Source: Octopus vulgaris (taxonomy: Eukaryota). Taken from it: a DNA stretch of 64,000 bases. Under the pieces are notes generated by a model. It saw only the letters and a list, made by a program, of their open reading frames with translations. It did not search any database and was not told the origin of the DNA. Positions 26,984-38,330 of this stretch are shown piece by piece (within the stretch, counting starts at the first letter, position 1; every line of letters starts with the position of its first letter). The position numbers and the translations under genes were made by a program. The stretch is taken from NCBI GenBank assembly GCA_951406725.2, contig OX597831.1, positions 24,366,001-24,430,000 on the forward strand, written 5' to 3'.

Positions 26984-27804
26984 ATATTGACTGTATATAT
27001 ATTCTTATCATTACTTGAATGAGTTGGAATAACTATAAAGAATTCGGCTGAAATCATGGGACTCCTAGTTTCTATTTGAGTTGTTCTCAGAGCTAAGATA
27101 CGATCAAATTTCAGTTCGTATTCAATCTTCTTGTTTTATTTATTTATTCATTTTTAGCAATTTTTTTCAAAATTTACCAAGTAAATTCCCCCGGTTTGTA
27201 GGATTGATTTGATTATGCAATGGAAGCAAACCTGTCGGTGATTACTTTGGTCGGCTGTATTGATGATCATCGAGATAATGAAACTGAAACTACAACGACA
27301 GAAATGATTTTAATAGAAGCCTCTGGTCGTACTTGCCAAGTATACTGTTGTTTATTTCAGCAGCCGATGAACAAGAACCATTTATTTTTATTGGTTTTAG
27401 TTGAAAAAGTTTAGCATTATTTGTTGGTTACCATTATTGGGCATTCCTGAAATTGCTTAATAATCTTATAAAACAGTATTTTTTTTTTTAAAGAAAACAA
27501 GACATTTCCCCGGCAGGCGTTCGTTGTTTTATTAAATTATATTTTACCAGACAAATTAAAGGTTTTAAACAAACCTTTCGGACAAGTAATATCACATATG
27601 AACACTAACGTAACTTATGTTTGGAGTGAGTTCAGAACAGACAGGTAATGTTTCTATACTTGTAGCAAGAACACGTAGTATATAGATTTTCTCTTTACCT
27701 GTTTCTCTAATCATTCTACATTCACTGAATGTTGTAGACCTGCTGAATTGAGCCGTATGTAATTAAGATTGATGAAAAGTCATATTTTACAATCATCTGT
27801 TTGA

Positions 27805-28991
27805 TATGGAAGGAGAGAAAAGATTTGGACTGGAAACAACAGGGAAGGTAGAATCAACAGCAAAGAGCGGACCATCGAGGAGAGAAAGACGGATCGCAAA
27901 GATTCGAGGAGAGAAGAAAAAACTCAGAGAACCAGATGGAGGGATGCAAAGGAGGAGGAAAGAGAAGGGCTAAAGCAGCTGTATGAAGAGATAAAAAAAG
28001 AGGCATCGAGATCTGCTAAGAAAACAAAGAAGGAGGAGCAGAAGAAAGGAGAGAGAAAATAACCCATCGTAGCTTTGTGAACAATCCCTATCAATATGCG
28101 AAACATCTATTTACTGAAAGTAAAAGCGGAAAATTGGATTGCACGAAAGAAGAGCTCGAACAACATCTGAAAGAGACATACAGCGACTCTGACAGAAATG
28201 AAGTACTCCCAGAAATGCACGGACTGAAGAAACCACCTGAACCAAGAGTACCATTTGATTTGAGTGACATCAAACGGAAAGAAATGGATGAGTTCATAAG
28301 GAAACCAAGAGCGAAAAGTGCACCAGGGAACGATGGAGTGAGCTACAAGGTATATAAATATTGGCCGAAATTACGCTTGCAGCTGTTTGCACTGATAAGA
28401 GAAATGTGGAAGAAGAAAGATGTAGCGGAGCGATGGTGTATAGCCGAAGGTATCTATCTACCTAAAGAGAAAGAGGCAAAAACACTGGGCCAATTTAGAC
28501 TAATTTCACTACTAAATACAGACGGGAAAATTATGTTTGGAATAATTGCTAGACGAATCATGAGATTCGTACAGAATAACGGGTACGTTAATGAAGCAAT
28601 CCAAAAAGCAGGAATCACTGGGTGCATTGAAAACGCATTTTCCATCTGGGAAGCCATCACCTGTGCAAAACAAATGAAGAAAAACCTGTATATTGTTTGG
28701 CTAGATCTTGTCAATGCTTATGGATCTGTTCCGCACGCAATAATAAAAACAGCGATGGACTTCTTTTGGATTCCAAAAGATGTTCAACGAATGCTCATGT
28801 CGTACTACGACAACCTGAGGATGAGATTTACAGCAGGAAAGTTCACAACGGAGTGGCAACGGCTTGAGATAGGTATTTCAGCCGGATGCACGATATCAGT
28901 AATCTTATTCGTGCTAGTCATGGAAATGCTACTCAGATCTACAAACTATGAGAAAGCTGTTACAAAGACACCATTAAGGACTTTTATGGAC
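27805..28991 (+). mobile_element. Non-LTR retrotransposon RT fragment, Hero-like (RLE group), truncated at the catalytic FMD(D)
   Basis: KSAPGNDG, FRLISLLNTDGKI, QKAG..GCIE, WLDLVNAYGSVPH, GISAGCTISVILF, RTFMD. Confidence 0.85.
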
Positions 28992-30057
28992 ATGGTCAAG
29001 CAGCGACGGATCTTCCAGGTCATACATAGATAGAATACTAATTAGAAAAGTAGACAGAGAAATAGCTAAGTGTCCACAGTTTTACCCGGTCAGCTACAGT
29101 GATCATAAAATGGTCCCCTGTAAGCTTGACATAGATAAGGTTAATAATAGAGGCTCCGGTTATTGGAAACTTAATACGTCCTTTTTGGCGATTAAGGAGT
29201 ACAGAGACCGGATTAGGACTATAATTCAGAGGGCGCTATCTGGTGCCATCATTAATAACAAATGGTGGTATACCCTCAAGCGAGCCATCAAATTCGAGTC
29301 TATTAGATATAGCATAGGATTAGTGGCTAGAGAGGCTAGGAGGGATTCAACTTTAGCTAAGGAATTAGAGGAAGCCATGAGAACTGGCTCTGCGGATCAT
29401 GTGAAGGCCAAGAGACTGGCGTTAAACCAGCACCTCGAGGCCAAACACATGGGCTGCATTGTCAGGGCTAGGATCCGCGCAATGGGTTGTGAGGGAATCA
29501 ACGCCGTGAGATGGGCCCGAGTGGTGGAAGCTCAGCGTGGTAATGATGCCACGATTCGATCTTTGACAAACCAACAAGGTAAGTTGATAAACGAACCCGA
29601 GGAGATGTGTGAGGCCTTTCAGGAGCACTTCGCTCAACTTTTCGGTGGGGGCGGCGGACTGGATAGAAGGAGGGTCTTTACAGACCTCCTCGACGGGCTG
29701 CCGCGCCTATCGGGGCGAGATGCGGAGGGCTGTGAAGGGTCAATCACGCCTGAGGAAGTGGCGGAGGCGATGGCGGACTGCGGCGCGGGCAAGGCGCCAG
29801 GTTTGGATGGTCTACCCTATGAGTTATATAAGAGTATGTCAGACTTGTTCGGGCACCTACTGACGGAGGTCTACGCGAACTGGCAGCAGAACGGGTTCAT
29901 TCCCAGATCTGTGCGCCGGGGAGTAGTGACGAACAAGGGGGAGTGCATTGATAATTTCAGGCCCATCACTCTGCTAAACACAGAGTTGAAGATTTTGGCC
30001 AAAGTGTTATCGAAAAGATTGGCGCGTGTCGCGGATGGTCTGATCGGGGAGGCACAG
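28987..30057 (+). mobile_element. Tx1/L1-like LINE fragment: AP-endonuclease C-terminus, linker and start of RT
   Basis: WTWSS...SYIDRIL...SDHKMV, GYWKLNTSFL, GKAPGLDGLPYELY, NFRPITLLNTELKILAKVL in one open frame; GC-rich. Confidence 0.9.
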
Positions 30058-30129
30058 AGGTTGTATTGTCCCCTCTGTGTTCGCCCTTTGTGGGTAGTAA
30101 TAAAACAATTGTTCAATGTCAATGGATGT

Positions 30130-31010
30130 AATTTGAGGATATTTGGCTGTTATTTCTAGAAGTCTGTCTTCGTCATTTGTTCGACTTCTATTCATTTGTA
30201 TTCGTTTAGTTCACTCAACATCTTCAGCCACGACCCTGCTTCCAAGACATTTTCTTTTTTTTCTTGTATGAGGAAATCTACAAATAATATCTTGTGCAAT
30301 AACTTATTTACAGGTTTGTTGTAAATGTGTTGATTTTAATAATATACGTAGACTGTTTGTCTTAATTTGTTAACAAAGAGAGGAAAAAAATTCTCTAAGC
30401 GCTTATTTGGAAGAAGAAGAAATCAACAAACCTAAATGAATTTTAAAGCAGTTGTTCATTTAATTACAACAACCCAATTTTTCATTCGTTCGGCTCAAAC
30501 TCGTTTCACTTTTTATTTTGAATTATTTTTTCAAGTATGGTAATTGTTAATTTTTAAGTGAATTCACTACTGAAAACATTACAACCATTCCTGTCCATAA
30601 CAAATTTACTTGTAATTTTCTTTTTAGTAGAATCTGTAGTAAAAATTTTATAATTAAGGTTAACCAAAACAACATTTATTTTATTTTTTCTTTCCTAAAT
30701 AAGGTATTTCAGTCATTTACACATCAATAATCAACTGGGTTTTATGTAGAAATAAATAATTTTTCAATCGTTTTCTGATGCGTATAAAAATTCACCTTCC
30801 ACTATTTTTAGATAATTTTTTTTTTAAACAGGCCTAAACGTTTCCTGGCTGTGTTAAAGACTTTATTGATTAACGTTTAACTATATTTATCTCTGGTGTT
30901 TTCGAGTTGTCTTACACGTTTTGAAGTTTCTGTAAATGGAAGGAAATGCACTTGGAACAACAATAACAACAAACAATGCCGACGCAATAGCTTCTACGTA
31001 GTCGCTTGAC
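30130..31010 (-). pseudogene. Two exon-like segments (31010-30916 and 30277-~30130)
   Basis: TTTTAACAG| ... |GTAAGA bounds 95 nt encoding hydrophobic AIASALFVVIVVPSAFP; TTATTTGTAG| precedes FLIQEKKENVLEAGSWLKMLSELNEYK. Confidence 0.3.
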
Positions 31011-31881
31011 CTGTTAAAATAAATACCAATCACGTACTGATATCGATTTGTTTGATTATACCCCGCTCCCAAATCTCTGATCTCGTACCTCTGTTACAAA
31101 TCACTATTATCACCATTATACGGATGTGTAAAGCAGATAAAAAAAGTACAAATCAAATACTGCGTAACTACGTTTCTTGACGTTCCGGGTTCAAATCGTA
31201 CTGGGATTTACCTTACCATTTATCCTTTCTGCGTGGATTAAATAAACTAGTTAAATATTGTCCTCGACTGATTCAACTATATCCCTATCTCAAAATGTGG
31301 GGTTTTGGCTAATTGAGGGAAGGGGTAATCCTCACGCGACGGAGGAAATTTTCTTCACATTCAAATATCAAACGAGTTATTGACAAAATTTTGTGAAATC
31401 TCCATGGAAAGACTATTGAAAAGGTTGCAAGACGCAACGAAAATTTTAGGAAAATAAAAATAAGAAATAAGTGGAAATTTTACCGGTGAGTGTGTTACAT
31501 TATAAGGCACAAAAAGAAAATGACTCTCCCCAGACACAACAGAATATGCTTCAACACACGAACTCAAATAAAGAATCTTGCAAACCAAATCCATTAACGA
31601 AATCTATGGAAATAAGTTTAGGCATTAATCTCCAAAATAAACGATTCATTGTTCACTCCCTTATGGTTATTCACTTGCTTTTTAACTCTGACAGACTAAA
31701 ATAGTCCCCGTTTTGTTGCTACAATCTTTTGTATATCGAGTGGATATTTCTTCTAAACTATATCCAGTGAAAAAGGAAACCTTTTTGCGGTCACTCAACC
31801 TGTTAGCGATAACACCCCAAATCTCCCTCACATCATTCTTTGTAGAAATAAAAGAATGGCTGTGGTAGCAATACCTAAGAT

Positions 31882-32614
31882 CAGTGGTTCTAAACCGGGC
31901 TCCATATAAGAGCATGTCCACACAACCAAAATAGCAAACTGGGCCCGCAATATTGTTGTATGGGTCCATGAAACGGTCTTAATTTAGATGTATTAATTAC
32001 AAGACACGGTTTGATTTCTTTCTCTGACGTTTTACAAAGTTCCGTCTACACAGGTAAATTTATATATATAAAAGAAAAGTTGTGTTGTATCTGTCTCCTA
32101 CGATTTAACTTCCTAACTACTCCCACATTTTGGGGTGCAGTTTAACCAAAAGCGGGTATCTTATAGTCGTGATTCATATCGAGCCCTTCTGGGTATTAGC
32201 GCGCGTCTACGATGAGTCTACGATGAGTCTACGATTTAAAAAAAAAATTACCATCATTTTTTTCCATTTTTAATGCATTTTTTTGCAATTATATAAGGGA
32301 AGTAACTCTCTAAAAATGTCTACGATGAGTCTACGATTAAAAAAAAATTTAGCATCATTTTTCTCATTTTTAATGCATTTTTTTGCTATTATATAAGGGA
32401 AGTAACTCTCTAAAAATGCTTATATAATTATTTCCCTTACAAATCCGAGCAACTCCGGGCGATACTGCTAGTGTGTAATAAACAACACGGGAATTTTGAA
32501 AGGGACCTCTATAAAACTAGTTTTTAAACATCGAATGGCTACTGGGTTCCAACAGAGTTAAACAGTAACCGTTGGGGCCCATAGATAAATTTAAAATATG
32601 GTTGAGAACCACTC
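31882..32614. mobile_element. hAT-type non-autonomous element with 8-bp TSD
   Basis: CAGTGGTTCTAAACC / GGTTGAGAACCACTC TIRs; CCTAAGAT / CCTTAGAT TSD; related fragments near 24638 and 50780. Confidence 0.85.
32059..32471 (+). mobile_element. Non-autonomous Helitron variant nested in the hAT element
   Basis: Shares 5' and 3' parts with 2786-3298, ends hairpin + CTAG|T; internal ~115-bp duplication. Confidence 0.8.
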
Positions 32615-32663
32615 CCTTAGATCATAAATCTGCTGCTCTGGGAATACGCAACGTTTACTATTT

Positions 32664-32897
32664 ATAATAATAATAATGAAATTATTGTATACAGTGCTCA
32701 GGTGCACCACAACTTGTCAGAAAGTGCATATAAAGTACATGCATTAATGTAGAAATGTCTGGAAAGCGAACAATGTATGAGTCAGATACATGCTTGTGTG
32801 TGTATGGAGGGGAGAAAATCAAGTGTAGTGTTGGCGAATCTCAGGAAGCATGGAAGTTTTTTAAGGATGCAGTGCTCCGACAACTAACAACCGATGC
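32664..32897 (-). mobile_element. CR1-clade LINE 3' end
   Basis: Reverse complement of 19020-19243. Confidence 0.85.
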
Positions 32898-33440
32898 CGA
32901 TCCCATGGTGCTACTCAGAGTTAAGCATTGTAAACATATATCCAGGCAATACAGACATTTTAGCTGGAGTGGTTATAAAGTCTCTCGTGGTTTACTACGG
33001 AATGTTGCATACGATTATATAACGTGTGGCGTGTTAACTTATGGAAATAATACAGGAAACAAACTTTAAGATAACAGCGAGGCTTTATTCCTCTGCTAAA
33101 TTATACAGTGGACCAAATAACACATCATGAATTCTGTTGGGTGTATAGTTAATCCATCGTGAGGATAATTCAACTCTGACCGTCGTTTGGTTACACGTGC
33201 TTCGTTATAACAGAATGAAAATATCAGGACATGCGCTCCAGGAAATCTCTCAACTCATTGCTCATAAATTATTTTAACAAAACTATTTATAAGCAAAGAG
33301 TTGGCTTCAGTGATGATTCAGATTGTTTGAGGATGTATTGCGCGCAACGGGATTAGATCCGAGATCCTTATCCCTCACAGTACTCGACCAAATGTTCCAA
33401 ACGACTAATTAAAGATTGACGTGTGGAGAGTATTTAAGGC

Positions 33441-34127
33441 TAATTGAAGGACCTGGGTATCTTGGTGGATTCCTCCTTTTCGCCTTCGGCCCAGTGCGTC
33501 CATGCTGCCAACAAAGCACGCGGAATTCTGTTCTTGATTCGACGGTCATTCGGAATGCTCACAGCAGCCATATTCCTACCACTCTATGTTACGCTGGTGA
33601 GACCCATATTGGAATACGGGATTCAAGCCTCTTCTCCTTATCTCCTCAAAGACATACAGCATCTCGAAAGAGTCTAGAAGCTGGCTACCCGCATGGTTCA
33701 TGGTCTCAAAAATTTGTCCTATGAAGAAAGGCTGAGGACGCTCGACTTTTATTCTATAGAAAAACGCCGCCGCCGTGGTGATCTCATTCTCGCCCACAGC
33801 ATCATAAGCGGAAAGTGTAACCTCTCGAAAGAGCTATTCTTCACTCCTGCTCCAGAGCGTCGGCTGCGGGGTCATTCCGAAAAGCTCTACCTGCGACGAT
33901 TTCATCTCAATCGAAGGAGAGGAGCTTTCTCCGCCCGGGTTGCAGATCCGTGGAACAAGCTGCCAGACGAGATGGTGAAGATGCCGACGACCGCTTTGTT
34001 CAAAGCCTCCCTTGACCTCAAGTGGCCTGAACTCTTTACATGAACACCACCCTGTACTTAACTCCATGTCCCCCTACATGGCCTTGCTATTTGCTTTTGA
34101 GCCAAATTAACTAACTAACTAACTAAC
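33441..34127 (+). mobile_element. 5'-truncated CR1-clade LINE, second family, (CTAA)n tail
   Basis: KDLGILVDS...LYVTLVRPILEYG...LERV*...LSYEERL...RRRRGDLI...RLRGH...WNKLP. Confidence 0.93.
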
Positions 34128-34203
34128 ATAAAATGTCTCAAAAAGAAATGGGTATCGCTACAGACTGATAGAATGTATACCATGGTACTAACTACGTACA
34201 ACA

Positions 34204-34218
<15 letters not shown>

Positions 34219-34239
<21 letters not shown>

Positions 34240-34547
34240 GAGCACTCCGTCGGTTACGACGACGAGGGCCCCAGCTGATACGATCAACGGAACAGCCTGC
34301 TCGAGAAATTAACGTGCATTTAAAGTCCACAGACACGCGTACCCTTAACGTAGTGCTCAGGAAGATTCAGCGTGTGACTAGGCCGGCCCTTTGAAATACA
34401 GGTACAACTCATTTTTGCCAGCTGAGTGGACTGGAGCAACGTGAAATAAAGTGTCTTGCTCAAGGACACAACGCGTCGCTGGGAATCGAACTCACGGACC
34501 TTACAATCGTGAGCCGAATGCTCTAACCACTAAGCCACTCACCTTCA
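34219..34547 (-). mobile_element. tRNA-derived SINE sharing its 3' tail with the 42778 element
   Basis: GGAGCACTCCGTCGGTTACGACGACGAGGG terminus and SINE C-like head. Confidence 0.8.
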
Positions 34548-35181
34548 CACACAAACACACACACATTCTTTAATATTTTGATTACTTTTGACTACTATTT
34601 CCCACGATAAATATTCCATCAGTCAAAAAGATACCTAACTATACATTTGAAACGCATTTGAAATACTAAACTCTGAGTGGCACCACAGGAGACATTGTAC
34701 ACAAACAATAACATATCTCTCTCTCTCTCTCTTTCTTTCTTTCTCTCTCTGTCAAACAAACAAATCCAGACACCTCTTTACTGAGTTTCCATATGTTTCT
34801 AAAACGTCCTCGTAGTCTTCTTTCTTTGTTCTTCATTCTGCTATAAAATAGCTTCTCTCGCTTCTTCTCAGACATATCAAATTTTTTCTCCGTATATTGT
34901 ATTCGCAGAATCAGCTCTCTTCTTTAGACTACATTATGATGAAATAAGTTACATAGTGAACTATAAAATGTTAATGGTCTTATTGTCATACACAACCTTT
35001 TTGACAAAACTGACAAATTGCTGACAGACAATTTATATTTTATCTGGGAAAATTACAAAGAATAGAAAACTAAATAACTTGCAAACAAAAAGACTAGATT
35101 TTCTTCAAAAGCTGTTGTAATGCACATCATTATAGAATCTTTACACCAACATATGTGCTTATATGTGTGCGTGCATCTATC

Positions 35182-35235
<54 letters not shown>

Positions 35236-35313
35236 ATCTATCTATCTATCTATCTATCTATCTACCTACCTATCTATCTATCTATCTATCTACCTACCTA
35301 CCTACCTACCTAC

Positions 35314-35384
<71 letters not shown>

Positions 35385-35686
35385 CCTACCTTCCTACCTA
35401 CCTACCTACCTATATTTATTTATTTATTTATGGTGGAGTGGTATGGCTTGGTGGTTAGGGTGTTGGGCTTTTGATTGTAGAGTTGTGCTTTTGATTGCTG
35501 TACTAGGCGATACATTGTGTTCTTGAGCAAAACGCTCCATTTCATGTTGCCCCAGTCCACTTGGCTTACAAAAAATGAGTATTCCTCCAGCAGATCGGCG
35601 TGTCCCATCAAGGGTGGGGGATATGTACGTCACAGAAATGGGAAAACTAGCCTCATGAGTCTATAGGATTGGGAAGGAGGTTTATC

Positions 35687-35764
<78 letters not shown>

Positions 35765-35784
35765 GTCTATCTCTCTGTCTGTGT

Positions 35785-36230
35785 ACAGGGCGCCATGAAT
35801 ATATTTTAGGCAAAAATGAAAATAATACTGATATTAAAATGCTAAAGAATAAATTTATTCAATTAAATCCCCATTGGCCTCAGTCACAGCCTCCAGACCA
35901 CTTCGGAATCACTTGCAACTTTTCTGGACAGTCTCCTTGGTTAAGTTGGTGAATTCGGCAATAATGCTTACCTTCAGTTAATCTTCGATGTTACAAGGAG
36001 TTTTGTTTGTCTCTCGTTCAACAGCATGCCACATATATAATCAAGGGGGTTGCAGTCTGGGGAGTTAGGAGGCCAGATGTTAGGGGTGATGTGGTCGCAG
36101 AAATTGTCTGACAGCCATGACTGGGCTCTCCTGCTTGTACAGCATGGTGGTACAGAGTCCTGTTGCTAGACATAGGATCATCCAGCAGCTACCCTCTTGA
36201 CCCAGAGCAGCAGTACCTCCTCCAGGCACT
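35785..36230 (-). mobile_element. Tc1/mariner superfamily (maT/DD37D-like) transposase C-terminal relic
   Basis: Minus-strand AQSWLSDNFCDHITPNIWPPNSPDCNPLDY and ERETNKTPCN peptides; TA|CAGGG terminus. Confidence 0.8.
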
Positions 36231-36330
36231 TGATTTAGAGGTTTAGATTTTTAAAACTCCTTGAGGGAATTTCCATCTACTAATAGTTCATATAATTTCA
36301 GATGATGGAGAATTATATATATATATATAT

Positions 36331-36949
36331 ATATATAGAAAATAGTAAAAAGTGAAAAAACTACACAAGGCTTGTTTTAAAAGGTTAAAAATATATATAT
36401 TTGAGTCATTATGTCTGAAGAATGTTATAAATTATTTTCATACAATGACAGTTTTTGAAGTAATGACCGGTTTCGCGTTCAGCTTTTCAAATTTCTTACA
36501 TCGTTATGTTTACGTTGAGAAGTGTGAAGAGGAACACCAACACAAATTAGACTAAACAAGGAAACATTCTTCATTGAAAAATACAAGCCCAAACTTAACC
36601 ATTCCAACATTCTTATACAGAGAAACTCACTCCAAAAAAAAGGCAAGAAATATTAAGCGATTATCTCCCTTACACCGGAAGAAATCACTTATTACCTCCC
36701 CTTATCTGGAACTTCTCTTCACACTTCTCAACGTAAACATAACGATGTAAGAAATTTGAAAAGCTGAACGCGAAACTGGTCATTTCTTCAAAAACTATGT
36801 CATTGTATGAAAATAATTTATAACATTCTTCAGACATAATGACTCAAATATATATTTTTTAACCTTTTAAAACAAGCCTTCTGTAGTTTTTTCACTTTTT
36901 ACTATTTTCTATATATTCAACCACGTGCTTTCACACACCAATTTTCTCA

Positions 36950-36951
<2 letters not shown>
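36331..36951 (+). mobile_element. Penelope-like element 3' relic with inverted pseudo-LTR
   Basis: ~200-bp inverted arms 36331-36531 / 36715-36916; spacer encodes RLNKETFFIEKYKPKLN (PLE GIY-YIG C-terminus pattern); ~35-nt tail; inserted in (TA)n. Confidence 0.82.
36749..36788 (+). ncRNA. Minimal type I hammerhead ribozyme fold, U3:A8 variant
   Basis: AAGAAAT-TTGAAAA-GC tgaac GC-GAAA-CTGG-TC-ATTTCTT: 7-bp stem I, 2-bp stem II; stem III is the palindrome ACCGGT in the inverted copy. Confidence 0.65.
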
Positions 36952-36989
<38 letters not shown>

Positions 36990-36991
<2 letters not shown>

Positions 36992-38330
36992 AAATAAGGA
37001 GATGTGGAACACGAGTTGTGATATATAAAAAAAGGAAATGAAGAAAATGCTGACAAAATAATTTAAGTAAGGGAGAGTGTATTTAATTAGGTGAAAGTTC
37101 TTTTTACCGGTTGCGCATTTGTTATGCTTATCAAAAAATATTTTTTAAGAGAGATAGAGTTCCTTTCTGATAGATTTTTTTCTCTTATCTGACTTTATGT
37201 TGGGTTTGCTGTCTCTTATATGTGAAAAAGAGGCTCCAGAGTTGTTTAAGGTTTGCTTGGTTTCGCGCCTAAAATTTCTTGTGGACAATGGTCAATACAA
37301 TTTTGATTGGTCATTATAAAGGGGTCACGTGAATGTTTGAATGGAAGTTGGTGTTGGGGTAAGAAAATTGGCTCCAGAGATGTTAAAATTTGGCTAGTGT
37401 CGCGCCTAAAATTTCTTATTGGTCATAATAAAGAGGTCACGTGGATGTGGTCATAATAGAGAGGTCACATGAATGTTTATAATGAATGTTGGTGTGGGTG
37501 GTGTATGGAGTTTTCGAAAATAGCGTTGTTGAAAATTCTTATTGTTCAGGCTGGTCAGTAGACGGCATGTGAATATTTTAAATAGCTTTTTAGCGCGTAG
37601 TTAAAGAGTGTATTTTCCGCTTGACTGAATTTGAGCTGGATAAGTAAGTTCGTTTAGGACAGGAAGAGCTATATGTATGTATGTGTGCGCGCGCGCGTGT
37701 GTGTGTTTATATGTATGTTGGGGCGCGCGCGCGTGTATATATGTGTGCGTGTATGGGTACAATTTTCAATATTTATAGTTCTGCTGGCCTTGTGCCTGTA
37801 TCGGGAAGCAACGTGTTTGTGTGAAGTCAATATTTACAGTCATTTCAAAAAAATAGTGTTGGATGTTTTGCACCCGTATCAAATTATGTGTATGTGTGGA
37901 ACCATATATTTGCGTGTGTCATGGTGTTAATATCTGGGTAAAAGTGTGTGCAGGTGTAAGTGTGTTTGTTGTGGGTTCGTGTTAGGGGGATGTGTTTAGA
38001 AGTGGTCTGTATTTATTAATAAGGTGGGATTCCATGGCAGATTTTCTCTGCCTGTTCCCATGTTCCTTTTTAATACAATTCTACAATATTGAATTTCTTC
38101 AATTGGAATTTTTCCAAGTAGATTCGATTGGGTCATGGCATGTAAAGTTTTTTCAATTTGACCCCCAATTAAGCAAAATTTCGAGAAAACTCAATATTTT
38201 ACGATTTGCCTCTCTCATTTCAAGTGGTTTACTCCTGCTATTACCACCACACTTTCTCCTACTTTCTCTTTGCAAGTGTGAAACTATTAAAGTGAAAGTA
38301 TATATAACAGGGATGAGCCATTAATAGTCA
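36990..38330 (-). mobile_element. Second Penelope-like relic
   Basis: Minus-strand RKSAMESHLINKYRPLLNTSP-stop near 38050-37982; hammerhead-like TTGATAA-GCAT aacaa ATGC-GCAA-CCGG-TA at 37138-37101. Confidence 0.7.

Larger units (their letters stand above)
24310..27745 (-). pseudogene. Decayed multi-exon coding region of unknown family, interrupted by SINEs and a MITE
   Basis: 90-codon frame 27135-26436 open after removing the SINE and one TSD; further long frames near 26490-26290, 26159-25956 and 25300-25095; acceptor-like TTTCAG at 27447 and 24480; 41-nt exon-like 27739-27699. Confidence 0.45.
31695..34205 (+). pseudogene. Decayed coding region of unknown family split by hAT, Helitron and CR1 insertions
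   Basis: Acceptor-like TTTTTAACTCTGACAG|, frame TKIVPVLLLQSFVYRVD...EIKEWLW, later FEDVLRATGLDPRSLSLTVLDQMFQ; strand not certain. Confidence 0.3.

Noticed and set aside
28077-30159. Single fused RT-endonuclease protein
   Set aside because: The two parts are in different frames with stops, and the domain order is the reverse of a functional LINE
31682-31969. 95-aa minus-strand ORF as a gene
   Set aside because: Its ATG lies inside the hAT insertion; the rest overlaps an equally open plus frame, so it is kept only as part of the fossil block
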